Origin: Octopus sinensis
Lineage: Eukaryota
Assembly (NCBI RefSeq): GCF_006345805.1
Contig: NW_021836143.1
Coordinates: 137,340-201,339 of the forward strand
Length of the DNA: 64,000 nt
Direction: 5' to 3'
Shown: one piece after another, positions 25,592-37,400 of the stretch
Numbering within the stretch: the stretch's first letter is position 1
How the letters are laid out: each line of letters starts with the position of its first letter
Position numbers and translations under genes: made by a program
The notes under the pieces: generated by a model
What the model was told of the DNA's origin: nothing
What the model saw: only the letters and a program-made list of their open reading frames with translations
Databases searched by the model: none

Positions 25592-25996
25592 CTCTCTCTC
25601 TCTCTTTACTCTTTTACTTGTTTCAGTCATTTGCCTGCGGCCATGCTGGAGCACCGCCTTTAGTCAACAAATCGAACCCGGGACTTATTCTTTGTAAGCC
25701 CAGTACTTATTCTATCGGTCTCTTTTGCCGAACCGCTAAGTGACGGGGACGTAAACACACCTGCATCGGTTGTCAAGCAATGCTAGGGACACACACAGAC
25801 ACACAAACACACAAACATACACACACATACATATATACGAAAGGCTTCTTTCAGTTTTCGTCTACCAAATCCACTCACAAGGCATTGGTCGGCCCGAGGC
25901 TATAGCAGAAGACACTTGCCCAAGATGCCACACAGTGGGACTGAACCCGGAACCATGTGGTTGGTAAGCAAGCTACTTACCACACAGTCATTCCTG
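25592..25996 (-). mobile_element. SINE family A inserted in an R4/Dong-like LINE
   Basis: Full SINE A body interrupts the RLE region at gctaacct|gtcgactttt; the equivalent site is uninterrupted in the copy near 9930. Confidence 0.92.
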
Positions 25997-26289
25997 TCGA
26001 CTTTTCTTTCTTCCTTATCGCATACCTTGTCAGCTGGGCAAGCTATATCTATGATCCAGCATTTCTTTCTCAACAGTGTTTGGTTTGCTATTCCCTATCT
26101 CATAGTTGCATTGAATCATAAAATCCCATCGGATCTTTGCATTATCATTTTTGATGATGCCTTTGGGTTTATGTTCATACCTCTTTTTTGCTCTGTCAAT
26201 TCCATACTTGCTGCCAAGTGTCCAATGGACAATCCTTGCTATATTGTCATAACATCTCTTAAATTCTTTCTGAGCTAGTGGCGTACATT

Positions 26290-26558
26290 GATTTATTATA
26301 GCCAGGTGTTCTTCCTGTTGCAACCTTACATGATTTTTACATAATGAATCTTTTATTCCACTGGTCTTTGACAGCACAGTTGTAATGTCAACAAGGAATG
26401 CCAACATTATATCACAACATTCTTCTGAATTTATGACAAGCGAAGCTTCAAAATGTCAATATTTGCACACACACAATGGGCTTCCTTCCAGTTTCTGTTA
26501 ACCAATTCTTCTCACAAGGCATTGGTTGGCTCTGTAGAAGACACTTGCCAAGAGATAT
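26290..26558 (-). mobile_element. SINE A2-type fragment embedded in the Dong zinc knuckle
   Basis: Near-duplicate of 27915-28185; splits CRICGQNAETI from IINQCTPLA. Confidence 0.7.
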
Positions 26559-27884
26559 GGTTTCAGCATTTTGTCCACAAATTCTGCACTTATCCCTTTC
26601 TGATGTGTTGTCTATTCTGTTTTTGATGTAATTCATTCTTAATACTTGCTCAGAGGCAGCATAGATTAGAGCCTCTTTTTCCTGTTTTAAATTACTTTTA
26701 GTCATCCATAGCCAACTTTATTATTATTACTATTATTATTATTACTATTATCATTATTATTATTATTATTATTTTCAATATTTTGATAGAGACAGTGGAA
26801 TACCTGACTAAATGCTTGTTTTCAAACTAGTTCTCAGCAGTTTAAGAACAAATCCTCAGACATTAGTTTCACATATTTAGAGTATATAAAATAAACAGCA
26901 CTTACATTCTATTGGATAAACTCTATTTTCTATGAAATAGGTGATATATGAATTATTCTGGGAATATAATACACACCAAAATTGTTTAAGAGTTATGATA
27001 TATAAGCAATTAATTTGGTATAATTGCATAGCCTCAAATTATTATGCAATCAACTGGAGTGTGTAATTAATCCAATTTGCATAGTAAATAATAAATTATG
27101 AAATTTCAATATATTATTAGTTGTAAGGTCTAAGTTACAAATGATCCTACAATATGATAAAAAAAGAGAATATTTTTTTTACTTAAAGAACATTTTGTGT
27201 AAACAGTAATTACTAATGTTCCACCTAGTCTCAGTTAGCTTTCTTATTGCTATGTATTGGCCTAGTAGTCATTTGACTTAACAGTTTTGGTATCTTGTTT
27301 TTCTTTGATATTCTTCAAGTACCCAAGCTACAACAGACTCAAGTGCTATGTTATTCTTCTTGATATTTTGTTGGTCAATAAATTTGTATACATAATTTAC
27401 TCATCATCCACCCAGGGCAAGCCATCTTTTTGTTTTTGTCTGGTTGACATGTGTTGACAGGATATTTGACTTATCCCTGATAAGGTCCTAGTTTTCTTTG
27501 ATATCCTTCAACCATCCAGATTCATATCTCTCAACAATGGCTTTCATTCACTTTAAATTACTCAATGATAAAAATTTAGGATGAGTGGATTCTTAAAAAT
27601 TTTAATTGGCCAAATCCCAAAGTATGTATGGTAATGAAAGTAACTAATTAATATTCATTCACTTCTTGATTAAAAACTATCTTATCTCCATATTTTAATA
27701 ACAACGAACTTGATTATATACCAAAATCTAAATTTTGATCATCTGTAAGTCATTGAAAGGATATGAATAATTTGAATAAATTTGATGTTGATATTGTGTG
27801 TTTGCAAACAGGAAGTACTCACTACTCTCTTTTAGACTCATCATGTAAACATGATTTCAAAATTACTTTTCTTCATTCAATATT

Positions 27885-28198
27885 CAATTTCCATGCTAGC
27901 ACAGGCTGTAGAGAGATTTATTATAGCCAGGTGTTCTTCCTGTTGCAAACTTACATGATTTTCACATAACAGATCTTTTATTCCACTGGCCTTTGACAGC
28001 ACAGTTGTAATGTCAATAAGGAATGCCAACATTATATCACAACATTCTGCTGAGATTATGACAAGTAAAGCTTCAAAATGTCAATATTTGCACACACATA
28101 CACACAATAGGCTTCCTTCCAGTTTCTGTCAACCAATTCTTCTTTTTCATGGCATTGGCTCTGTAGAATACACTTGCCAAGAGATGTGCAATGGGACT
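27885..28198 (-). mobile_element. SINE A2-type copy
   Basis: ttccatgctagc tail remnant at the left; A-head remnant (cacttgccaagag...gggact) at the right. Confidence 0.7.
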
Positions 28199-29252
28199 TC
28201 ATAATTATTCAGTCTGCAACTTTTCATAGTAAATCAAATGTTTGGTTTTATGATACATTTATTTTCTTTACTATATAACTCAAGAAAGTATTAAGTAATT
28301 AACAGAGATCACAATTAACTAATCAAAAATATTTTAAATTTAAGTTCTTAGATGGTAAAAAAATAATGTTTTTCATGATGTTTGAAGTATCAACATAATG
28401 TCTCCAAAAATCAGTAACTATATTTCATTTTCATTGCATAAAGTTACACAAGTGTCAGTTATATAGAGAAAGAGAGAACTGTTAGTTAATGAAGCATGAT
28501 GGTAACAGAGATAGATGGACCATATATAGATGGACCTATAAAAATGAAGTATTGTTCTGCAGATCTGAGAACTTTCATAACTATAGCTTTATGATAAAAA
28601 AAATATATATATATTCTAGTGTTTCTCTTTTTTTTTCTTTTTAATGATAGAGAAGGTATTTTTCAGTAAAAGATATAAGTAAATGCACTTGGAACTTTAT
28701 AAGTTTATATCTAATCTCAAAATTAACTAAATGCAACAGTATAGTCATAAAAAGGATAGCAGTGGTTTTGATTAAATATATAAACTGGATAATTTATTGG
28801 TTATATGGATTGGTAATGTCAGTGTATTTTGCTTGTCATTACCACAGCACCACTGCCACATCTACTGGGAAATCAAGGGCATCCTAGATTCTCATTTCAG
28901 AGGTTTTATGTTTATTATCTCCATTATTATTACGTTTCAAAAAACTTCCATTTTTTAATCGTAATGTGAGAACTATGACAAAAGATTTCATTATTAAATT
29001 TTTAAAAAAAATCTAGAGCAGTGGAGATAGCCACAGATAAATGATCAGATAGTTTGTTGGGTAAAGTTCAATGTTTCAGTTTTTGAATAAAAAAAACAAA
29101 AAGGTTGACTTTGATTCCCGTCGTTCATAAAATAATAACCAGTAATACATTGCACTCCATGCAGTTAAAATGTTTGGTTCACTTTACACAACACCTCAAA
29201 AGTAAATAAATGAAATAAGTCACTGAATAAAGGAATTGTGTCGAAGGATATA

Positions 29253-29273
29253 ATAATGATGATGATGATGATG

Positions 29274-29327
<54 letters not shown>

Positions 29328-29377
29328 TAATAATAATAATAATAGTAATAATAATAATGTTGATGATGATTATGATG
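29253..29377. repeat. (AAT)n/(GAT)n microsatellite
   Basis: Direct reading. Confidence 0.95.
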
Positions 29378-29424
29378 ATCTTCTGATTCTAAGTCAGATG
29401 CCTTATCCATTAAACCATGTGGGC
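29378..29424 (-). pseudogene. 5' two-thirds of tRNA-Arg(TCG)-like sequence, no T-arm
   Basis: gcccacatggtttaatggataaggcatctgacttagaatcagaagat: AATGGATAAGGC D-loop, intact anticodon stem TCTGA/TCAGA, anticodon reads TAG; abuts a microsatellite. Confidence 0.7.
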
Positions 29425-30751
29425 CAACAGAGTTCATATATTTTTTTCTTATCAGCACTTTTTCACCTTTCTGCTTTTTTTTACCTTTTTTTATTATTTC
29501 ATCTCAAAACTATTATGCTCTTCTCATATCTCTCTCTCTCTCTCTCTCTCTCCCTCTGTGGTATTTATCTCAAATTAAATAGAGAAAATACAATTTCACT
29601 TGATGAAGAAAATGAAAAAACATCTTGCCTGAACTTTCCACTCAATGAAAGACATAAATAAAGCTGAGCTGATTATTTTTGACTTTAATCTTGTTTATAT
29701 TCCGTTGCTTTCATTTTTATCCTATTTTACTGTTATTTACTAGTTTTTCTGTTGAAAAATTTAAAAAAAATCAAAGATAATGATCATATCTGTTATTTTC
29801 TTCCTCTGTAAGATATTTTTTTTTTTTACCTCTTAACTCATTATTCTCTTTATCATTCTAATTTCCCTCTCTCTTTCAATTTCACTTTCTTCCTCTCATT
29901 CAATCTGTCTTTCCCCCTTTCATCTGCAACCTCTATTTTGTTTTTCTCTGTCATGATCTATCACTTTCTCTCCCTTCGCTTCTCAGTTTATTTTTACCTT
30001 TTTCATTCCCTATACTCTCTTCATATCTATTTTTATTATTGTTTCAGATCTCTCTCTCTCTCTCTCTCACATGCATGCAAACACTCACTCTAAAAAATAT
30101 ATTTGAATCTCTCTTCTATCTATCTCATCCATAATTATTACTTTTGTCATTCTCTCTCTTTCTCATGTCCCCTTTTCTCTCGACTCCCCTCTCACTCTCT
30201 TCTGACATTTCTCACATAGACCCACTCTCTCCTCCCTTTGTTTCTCCATGATTCATGGCTGTTGGAAATAAGAGCCAACAGTAGAAAGATGAAGATCTCT
30301 TGAGGGCCATAGCAGTCAGAATTGCTGTTTAGATCTGAGATCAGTTAATAGCTGATCTAATGCTATATTCTCAGTAGCATTATGAACATGAAACAACATG
30401 GAGAGGTGAAATGGTTGGATATAACTTCCTACCGACAATTGAAAGAGCTATTATACTACTTAATTCATTTCATCAGCTGTGATATTTTTTATGCTTTTTA
30501 TGATATTTATTTCAACTGTTTTCTTTATATGCATTTTTTTTTTCAGTAAATTTACTGTGATGTAGCTGAATGGAGATAAAAACATAATGGGTAAAAAAGA
30601 AGAAATGTGAATTGTTTGGGTGCATAAAATATTTGTGCAAATACACAATTTTATTCACAATAAAATTAAATACACACACACACATATATATGCTTGTGTG
30701 CATGTGAGTATAAATATATATAGTGAGAGACACAATTTCATATATATATAT

Positions 30752-30810
<59 letters not shown>

Positions 30811-30811
<1 letters not shown>

Positions 30812-31090
30812 CCCATGCTAGCATGGAAAGCGGACGTTAAACGATGATGATGATGATGATGATGATGATATATATATATATATATATAAAGCGGACGTTA
30901 AACGATGATGATGATGATGATGATGATATATATATATACACATGCGCATGTTATAGACATGCTTGCATTCATCATCATCATCATCATCGTTTAGCGTCCG
31001 TTTTCCATGCTAGCATGGGTTGGACGGTTCTACTGGGGTCTGTGAAGCCAGAAGGCTTCATCAGGCCCAGTCAAATTCAGGCCCAGTCAA
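30811..31090. mobile_element. Cluster of family C tails (two +, one -)
   Basis: Tails at 30811-30869 and 30888-30928 (+), and an inverse copy at 30968-31090. Confidence 0.8.
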
Positions 31091-31783
31091 TATTCCATCG
31101 TCCATCATAATCTTCCTCATTATCATTGTATAAATGCCTATTTTCCTGCTTTCTATGAGAAGAAAGTATAGCTAATTACGCCCATCTCATTGCATCATTG
31201 TTTCAGTTAAGCCCTGCGTTCGGAAATCTGATATCACAAAGGATCTTCTATATGGTTACTCAAACTGTTAGAATAGCAATGAAATCTCCCATCAAATGAT
31301 ACCTACCGACATCAGATAATGTGGTCCTATGTTCCTGGTATACAGGAAAATGACTGAACAATCACGATTGGGTTACCTTTTATTATATGGTTCACCTGAT
31401 TAGGATGGGGCATAATCACAACAGCTTCCTTCAGTACAGTCACCTTCCATTGTCAGACCACATCATTTCACTTCCTTTTGTTGTCTACACATATGCAAGA
31501 AAGACTTCTTGCATATAGCATCTGACATCTTTAATACTCAACCATTCTCTAATCCACCTTCTACTCATGCTCATTAATATTACATAAGCCTGCTTATTAT
31601 CAATTGTTTATCTCAGCATTATCGAATCTTCTGTCTTGTTCAATTTAATCCCTCTGCCATTCACTCTTTTACCATATTTAATAGTCATCCACTCACAACA
31701 TGGTGTCTTCAAAGATTATCTCAGGGTAGGTAAATCTTTACATTTCCTTCTTTTTATCTCATAATCAATCATCTCAAGATGGT

Positions 31784-31867
31784 AATTTAAAACTTGAAAG
31801 ATTGTCAAGATAATTTAAAACTCAGAGTATTGTCAAGGTAATTTAAAACTTAAGGTGTTGCCATAGA
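31784..31867. repeat. 28-bp minisatellite x3
   Basis: aatttaaaact at 31784, 31812 and 31840. Confidence 0.75.
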
Positions 31868-32103
31868 TACCTATTTCTTTATTACCCACAAGGGACTAAA
31901 CACAGAGGGGACAAACAAGGACAGACATAGGTATTAAGTCGATTACATCGACCCCAGGGCGTAACTGATACTTAATTTATCAACTCCGAAAGGATGAAAG
32001 GCAAAGTTGACCTCGGCAGAATTTGAACTCACAACGTAACACAGACGAAATACCGCTAAGCATTTCGCCCGGCGTGCTAACATTTCTGCCAGCTCGCCGC
32101 CTT
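31868..32103 (-). mobile_element. SINE B2, full length with TSD
   Basis: Flanking repeat catagatacct at 31862-31872 and 32107-32117. Confidence 0.92.
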
Positions 32104-33144
32104 AGTCATAGATACCTGTTTACTTGTTACTGGTTTTTGCATCTCTTTGTAAGGTAACCAACTACCTATAAACCACTCTATTTGACAAAACTGAAAGAGA
32201 CCTCTCTATACAAAAACACTTCGTACTAGAAATATCAACCAAATTTTCCTCAATTAACACTTTATCATCTTATGAAAAAGATATACAGAATAATGTAGTT
32301 GTTGGCATTTAAAAAGACAGCATAGTCATAACTGAAATGTTTTAATCAGTGAGGACATGTGGTTGTCATGATAGTGGCTAAATAACATGATCTATGATCT
32401 ATTTAGCAAGAGCAACTTTCAGTTTGATATTTGTTCTTGCTGTCTTTGAATTTTGTCTGATATTTTTCTATTTCAGTTACTAATATTCCCAACATATAAC
32501 TCAAAATTTAATGTCATGGCACTTTGTAAACAGTCCTTCTGACCAATGAGAAAACTGGGGTTTAAGAACTAAGGCTATGCTAAGGTGCATGAGGCTGAGG
32601 TTGGGAGAAGGGGCAGAGACAGACACTATAAACTCTCCCCTTCCTCAGCTGTTTCTCGTATACCCCTACCTTTTCTGTCTTCGTTAATAATTTTCATTTT
32701 TCGAGAATGCATATTTCACAAACTATTCAAGGTAAACATTACTATATGTAGACAATCTACTTGGAAGAATTATGAATTTTGTAGTCAAGAAGGGTAGTTT
32801 GAAGCAACCTATCTGTGTATCCTGCTTAATTTCAAAGACAGTAGAAAAATATGATTCAGTTTATGGTACCTCAGACAAATTTGCCTTTCAAGGTACTCTC
32901 ACTAAATTTTAGGCACTTTTATCTGTGCTTCATTTCTGAGACTACTAAGAAATATCCAAGCAACAGACAAAAATATAACATGATTTTTTTTTTAACTATC
33001 CTGGCAGTAATCTTGTATCATACTTTCCCAGATATTTTAAGCATCTGTGCACCTATCCCTGATGGACCTATGGCTTTCTCCTTTTTCACACTCTTCATGA
33101 CATTACTGATCCAATAAAGACACCAATGATATGCATATGCATGC

Positions 33145-33191
<47 letters not shown>

Positions 33192-33421
33192 AAGGCGGCG
33201 AGCTGGCAGAAACGTTAGCACGCCGGGCGAAATGCGTTGCCGTATTTCGTCTGCCGTTATGTTCCGAGTTCAAATTCCGAGGTCGACTTTGCCTTTCATC
33301 CTTCCGGGGTCGATAAATTAAGTACCAGTTACGCACTGGGGTCAATGTAATCGACTTAAGCCGTTTGTCTGTCCTTGTTTGTCTCCTCTGTGTTTAGCCC
33401 CTTGTGGGTAGTAAAGAAATA
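33192..33421 (+). mobile_element. SINE B2 in a (TA)n tract
   Basis: Full B head and B2 tail, with TA repeats on both sides. Confidence 0.9.
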
Positions 33422-33440
33422 TATATATATATATATATAT

Positions 33441-33880
33441 CATCATCATCATCATTGTTTAGCGTCCGTTTTCCATGCTAGCATGGGTTGGACGGTTCTA
33501 CTGGGGTCTGTGAAGCCAGAAGGCTTCATCAGGCCCAGTCAAATCTGGCAGTGTTTCTACGGCTGGATGCCCTTCCTAGCGCCAACCACTCCGTGAGTAT
33601 AGTAGGTGCTTTTTACGTGCCACCCGCACAGGTGCCAGACAGAGCTGGCAAACGGCCACGAATGGATGGTGCTTTTTATGTGCCACCGGCACGGGGGCCA
33701 GGCGAGGCTGGCAATGGACATGAACGGATGGTGCTTTTTATGTTCCACCGGCACGAGGCCAGTTGGGGCGGCGCTGGTAACGGTCGCGAAACGGAAGGTT
33801 CTCTTACATGCCACCGGCACTGGTAACACATCTGCAATTTCCATTGATCGATTTCGATTCTGATCCTCACTTGCCTCGAA
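33441..33880 (-). mobile_element. Family C element
   Basis: Colinear with 14945-15419. Confidence 0.88.
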
Positions 33881-33891
33881 AGATGCCCATC

Positions 33892-33929
<38 letters not shown>

Positions 33930-34359
33930 GATCAGCATCTTTCAGTTTCTTTTTGCCAAATTCATTCAATAGAGTTCTGTTTATCCAGGGGCTAGAGAAG
34001 AAAATAAGATACTTGCACCTGAACCAGAGTCTATATGGTTGGGTGGCAAATTTCTTAACCAGACACCTATGCTTGTGTCAAGATATACCTTATATAGAGA
34101 AAGTTTGCTATCGTTACAAACTTGTTAGGAAGAAGAAAATTCATTTAAGGAAGTAGTAACTATGAATTGAAATTGATGCAGGATTGAGATGACAGATAAT
34201 CCAGCAGGAGAGCTTGTTTAGTGTCAGCAGCATCACAGATATACAGAACCTGGTTGACAATACAAATGGATCTAACTCTAAAACACAAGCCTACTCAAAT
34301 TAAGCAGTGTGAAAACTACAATTATATACACATGTATGTGCTTGTGAGTGTAAATATAC

Positions 34360-34426
<67 letters not shown>

Positions 34427-37400
34427 GTGTATGTATGTATGCATGAGTACATGTGCATACATACACGCATGCACACATACACACATCTAGTTCTTTAGTT
34501 GATTTAAACCATTATGAATTCTACTCAAGCCAGAGCAACACCTTGATGACTGCATCTTATATTTAGTATTGCTGGTTATTTGCTTGTGTGTACATGTCTG
34601 TTTTCGGTAAATTACTGGAGAATGCTTCCCATTGATTATAACATGCTAAAAATGAGAAGTCACCGAAATGTTCTTGCTTTCTTCAGATAAGAAACTAAAT
34701 AACCAGGATCCTCTAATGACATATTTGATTTCATTTAATGCAATCTTTGCTATTTGATGTTTATCTTCTTGTTCCGTCATTTATTCAATAGTGTATACCA
34801 AAGTTTGGCACCTTATTTTTCAGATGAAGATGATGGTATGCCTATATCTCATGTATTTTAGTGAGTATAACATATTAGAGCTTGGAGTTAAAGCTCAGTA
34901 AAGTTGTTTTACTCATGTTATATCTTAAGGAAGATGTTTTGCTGTTTTTCTAGTGAAAGTGCTTTATCATAAAGTATTGGAGTTACAGAGTTATGAAAAA
35001 AATCATAATGTCTAAAAATAAATTGTTTTGTAATATCAACCTTACTGTTGTGAGGTGAATGACACATTACCAAACTATGTTAGAAAAGATGCATTGACGG
35101 GCAAGGTAATGTTCAAAATCCTGGCTGATTCTATGCTTAGCTCTGGTTCAATGTTACTGGAAGCTTTCCAACATCTAGAAAACTGAAAAAAGACTTTTCT
35201 TGGACATTCTTGAATGATTTTAAATGATGAGTGAAAGGCTACGCCGTTTTGAAACCAAGTAGGTTTCTTAGACAATTATCTCAGCCTGTCTGATTGTGTG
35301 TGTGTGTGTGTTTTTTTTTTATTGCTGGTCATATGGGTGAATGAATACTTGGCTTTACTTTCTGACTTGCTGAAGAAAATCTTCACATAGTTAATAATTT
35401 TTCATATTTCATGAACTGAAAGAAAACTTTCTCATATTACTTTTGTAAGATGCCATATATATATTTGCTCGATCTTTGATATGATATTGATCCTAATGTA
35501 GCAGCTGTCTGGTTTTGGACAGTATTATAAGAGACTCATATGCATAACATAAGAAAGTTTGGAAAATCGTATACATGTCTGAGATTTTTAATGAATGTTC
35601 TTCAAGAAAGTTTTAAACTCCTGTTTCAGTTTTATTTATTATAACATATTTATTTTAAAGTGGGGTTGTATACATAGTTTATTGTTTATTTGATTCATTG
35701 TATCTATTTCATATAATGAATCACCTATATTTTAGAATATGGAGAAGTTATTTTTTTTATAAGTTTATAATTCTTGTGTATAGAAAATGGACATATTTCA
35801 TAAGTTCAGTTTTGTATGTGGAAACAAAGTCTAGCAAGTTTATTTTCTGATAGGCTGAGAGTGGAAAGAAGCTATATTATGTAGATTAAAAAGATGTTAG
35901 TATATCTCTTTATTCAAATACAGATATCCTTCCTTGACATGGCTTTTCATAATGTCATTTTAAGGTTGACATTGTATTTTCAAGCATTTTTGATTTGTGA
36001 GAAGACATTCTTTGTGAACACTTTGTGTGTAACTGAGTTAGAAAGTCGATAAATGATGCCTATAGCGAAGCTTTATTGTGGCAAATAAACAGGTGTACAG
36101 TAATGCACAGCGTATAAATAGAAAAGGATAACATTTAGTGTGAGATCGTCATTCACAATATAAAATAATACTAGCTGGCCCCATGCCATCAAAAATGATG
36201 GCTAATTGTAATATTTTATATATAAATAAGGTACAAAAGGATCACAGATACAAACATTGAAATACTTCTCTTGTACATACACACATATACTCACACAGAG
36301 CTGAAATGCTGTTTGATTTTTGTTTTCAGCGATAAATCCTCACCATCCTACTTCTATTGCATGCACACACACACATTTTCACGTGACAACCTTTTACATA
36401 CACACACATATTCATGCACAGTTGAAACACTGTCTATCTTAAAGGACCTATTTTCCTGCTGTGTAGAAAACAATAGCAGGAGACGAAATTTGAACCAAGA
36501 ATGCAAAGAACTGGCACACACACACTGCAAAGTATTGTGCCCAATGCTCAAACAATTCAGTCAGTCCACCCATCCTAGATTGGTACTTTATTTATTAACT
36601 CTAAAAAAATGAAAGGCAAGACATGCTGCAAGGTACTCTATTCAATGCTATAATGACCCAACCAATACAGTAGTTTTGCATGTTAAGTTATATATATATA
36701 TGTGTGTGTGAATATTATACACCTGCAGATATACAAAGAACCTTTGTTTCGTCTAAAAATCATGAAAATTATTTGACAGATGCAGTGTCTTAAAATCTAA
36801 AACAATAATATTTTTGCAACCTAAACGATGATTTTAATGAAGGAAATATTTCTCCCCACTATATGATTTTTAAGCGAATACAAAACAGACTAAATATGCT
36901 TGAAAGTTATGACCAGTTTTTCAAAAAAGTAAAAAAAAAAAAAATAGTTGAACTTTAATTACTTTACAATAGATAACAAATCATAATCTAATTAAACCAA
37001 TGAAATTATTATCACTTTCATAGAAAGTAATTAGTCAAAATAGCTTTTACTCATTTTGATTTCTTTGTTTTAACCAAGATGGTAGTAAGGATACCAAACT
37101 TAACAGACTGTTTGGGGGTCTCTCAGATTTGAGAATGTACTCTCCAAACACAAAATATTTAAAACATTTTATGACATTGATATTGTGAGAATATAAAGTT
37201 AAATGATAAAGAATTAGACTAAAGCTGTCATGGTAAAACAACCAGCCAATCAAGTATCAAGTGTCTAATTTGTTAAGAAAAACACAAGTCTTCTTACTGA
37301 TACTTCTTAAGAAAGACATCTAAAACTCAAAAACATAAGATTTTTTCTGGCATTCTTTAATACTCAGCTGTATCAAATTTTCCTATTGTCTTAACATGGT

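Larger units (their letters stand above)
25311..26718 (-). mobile_element. R4/Dong-like LINE 3' end (CCHC knuckle, RLE, 3'UTR) with two nested insertions
   Basis: ORF-track pieces KCRICGQNAETI, CTPLAQKEFKR..DNIARIVHW, NDNAKIRWDFMIQC and HLQKTALLGT; (TAT)n at both ends. Confidence 0.9.
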
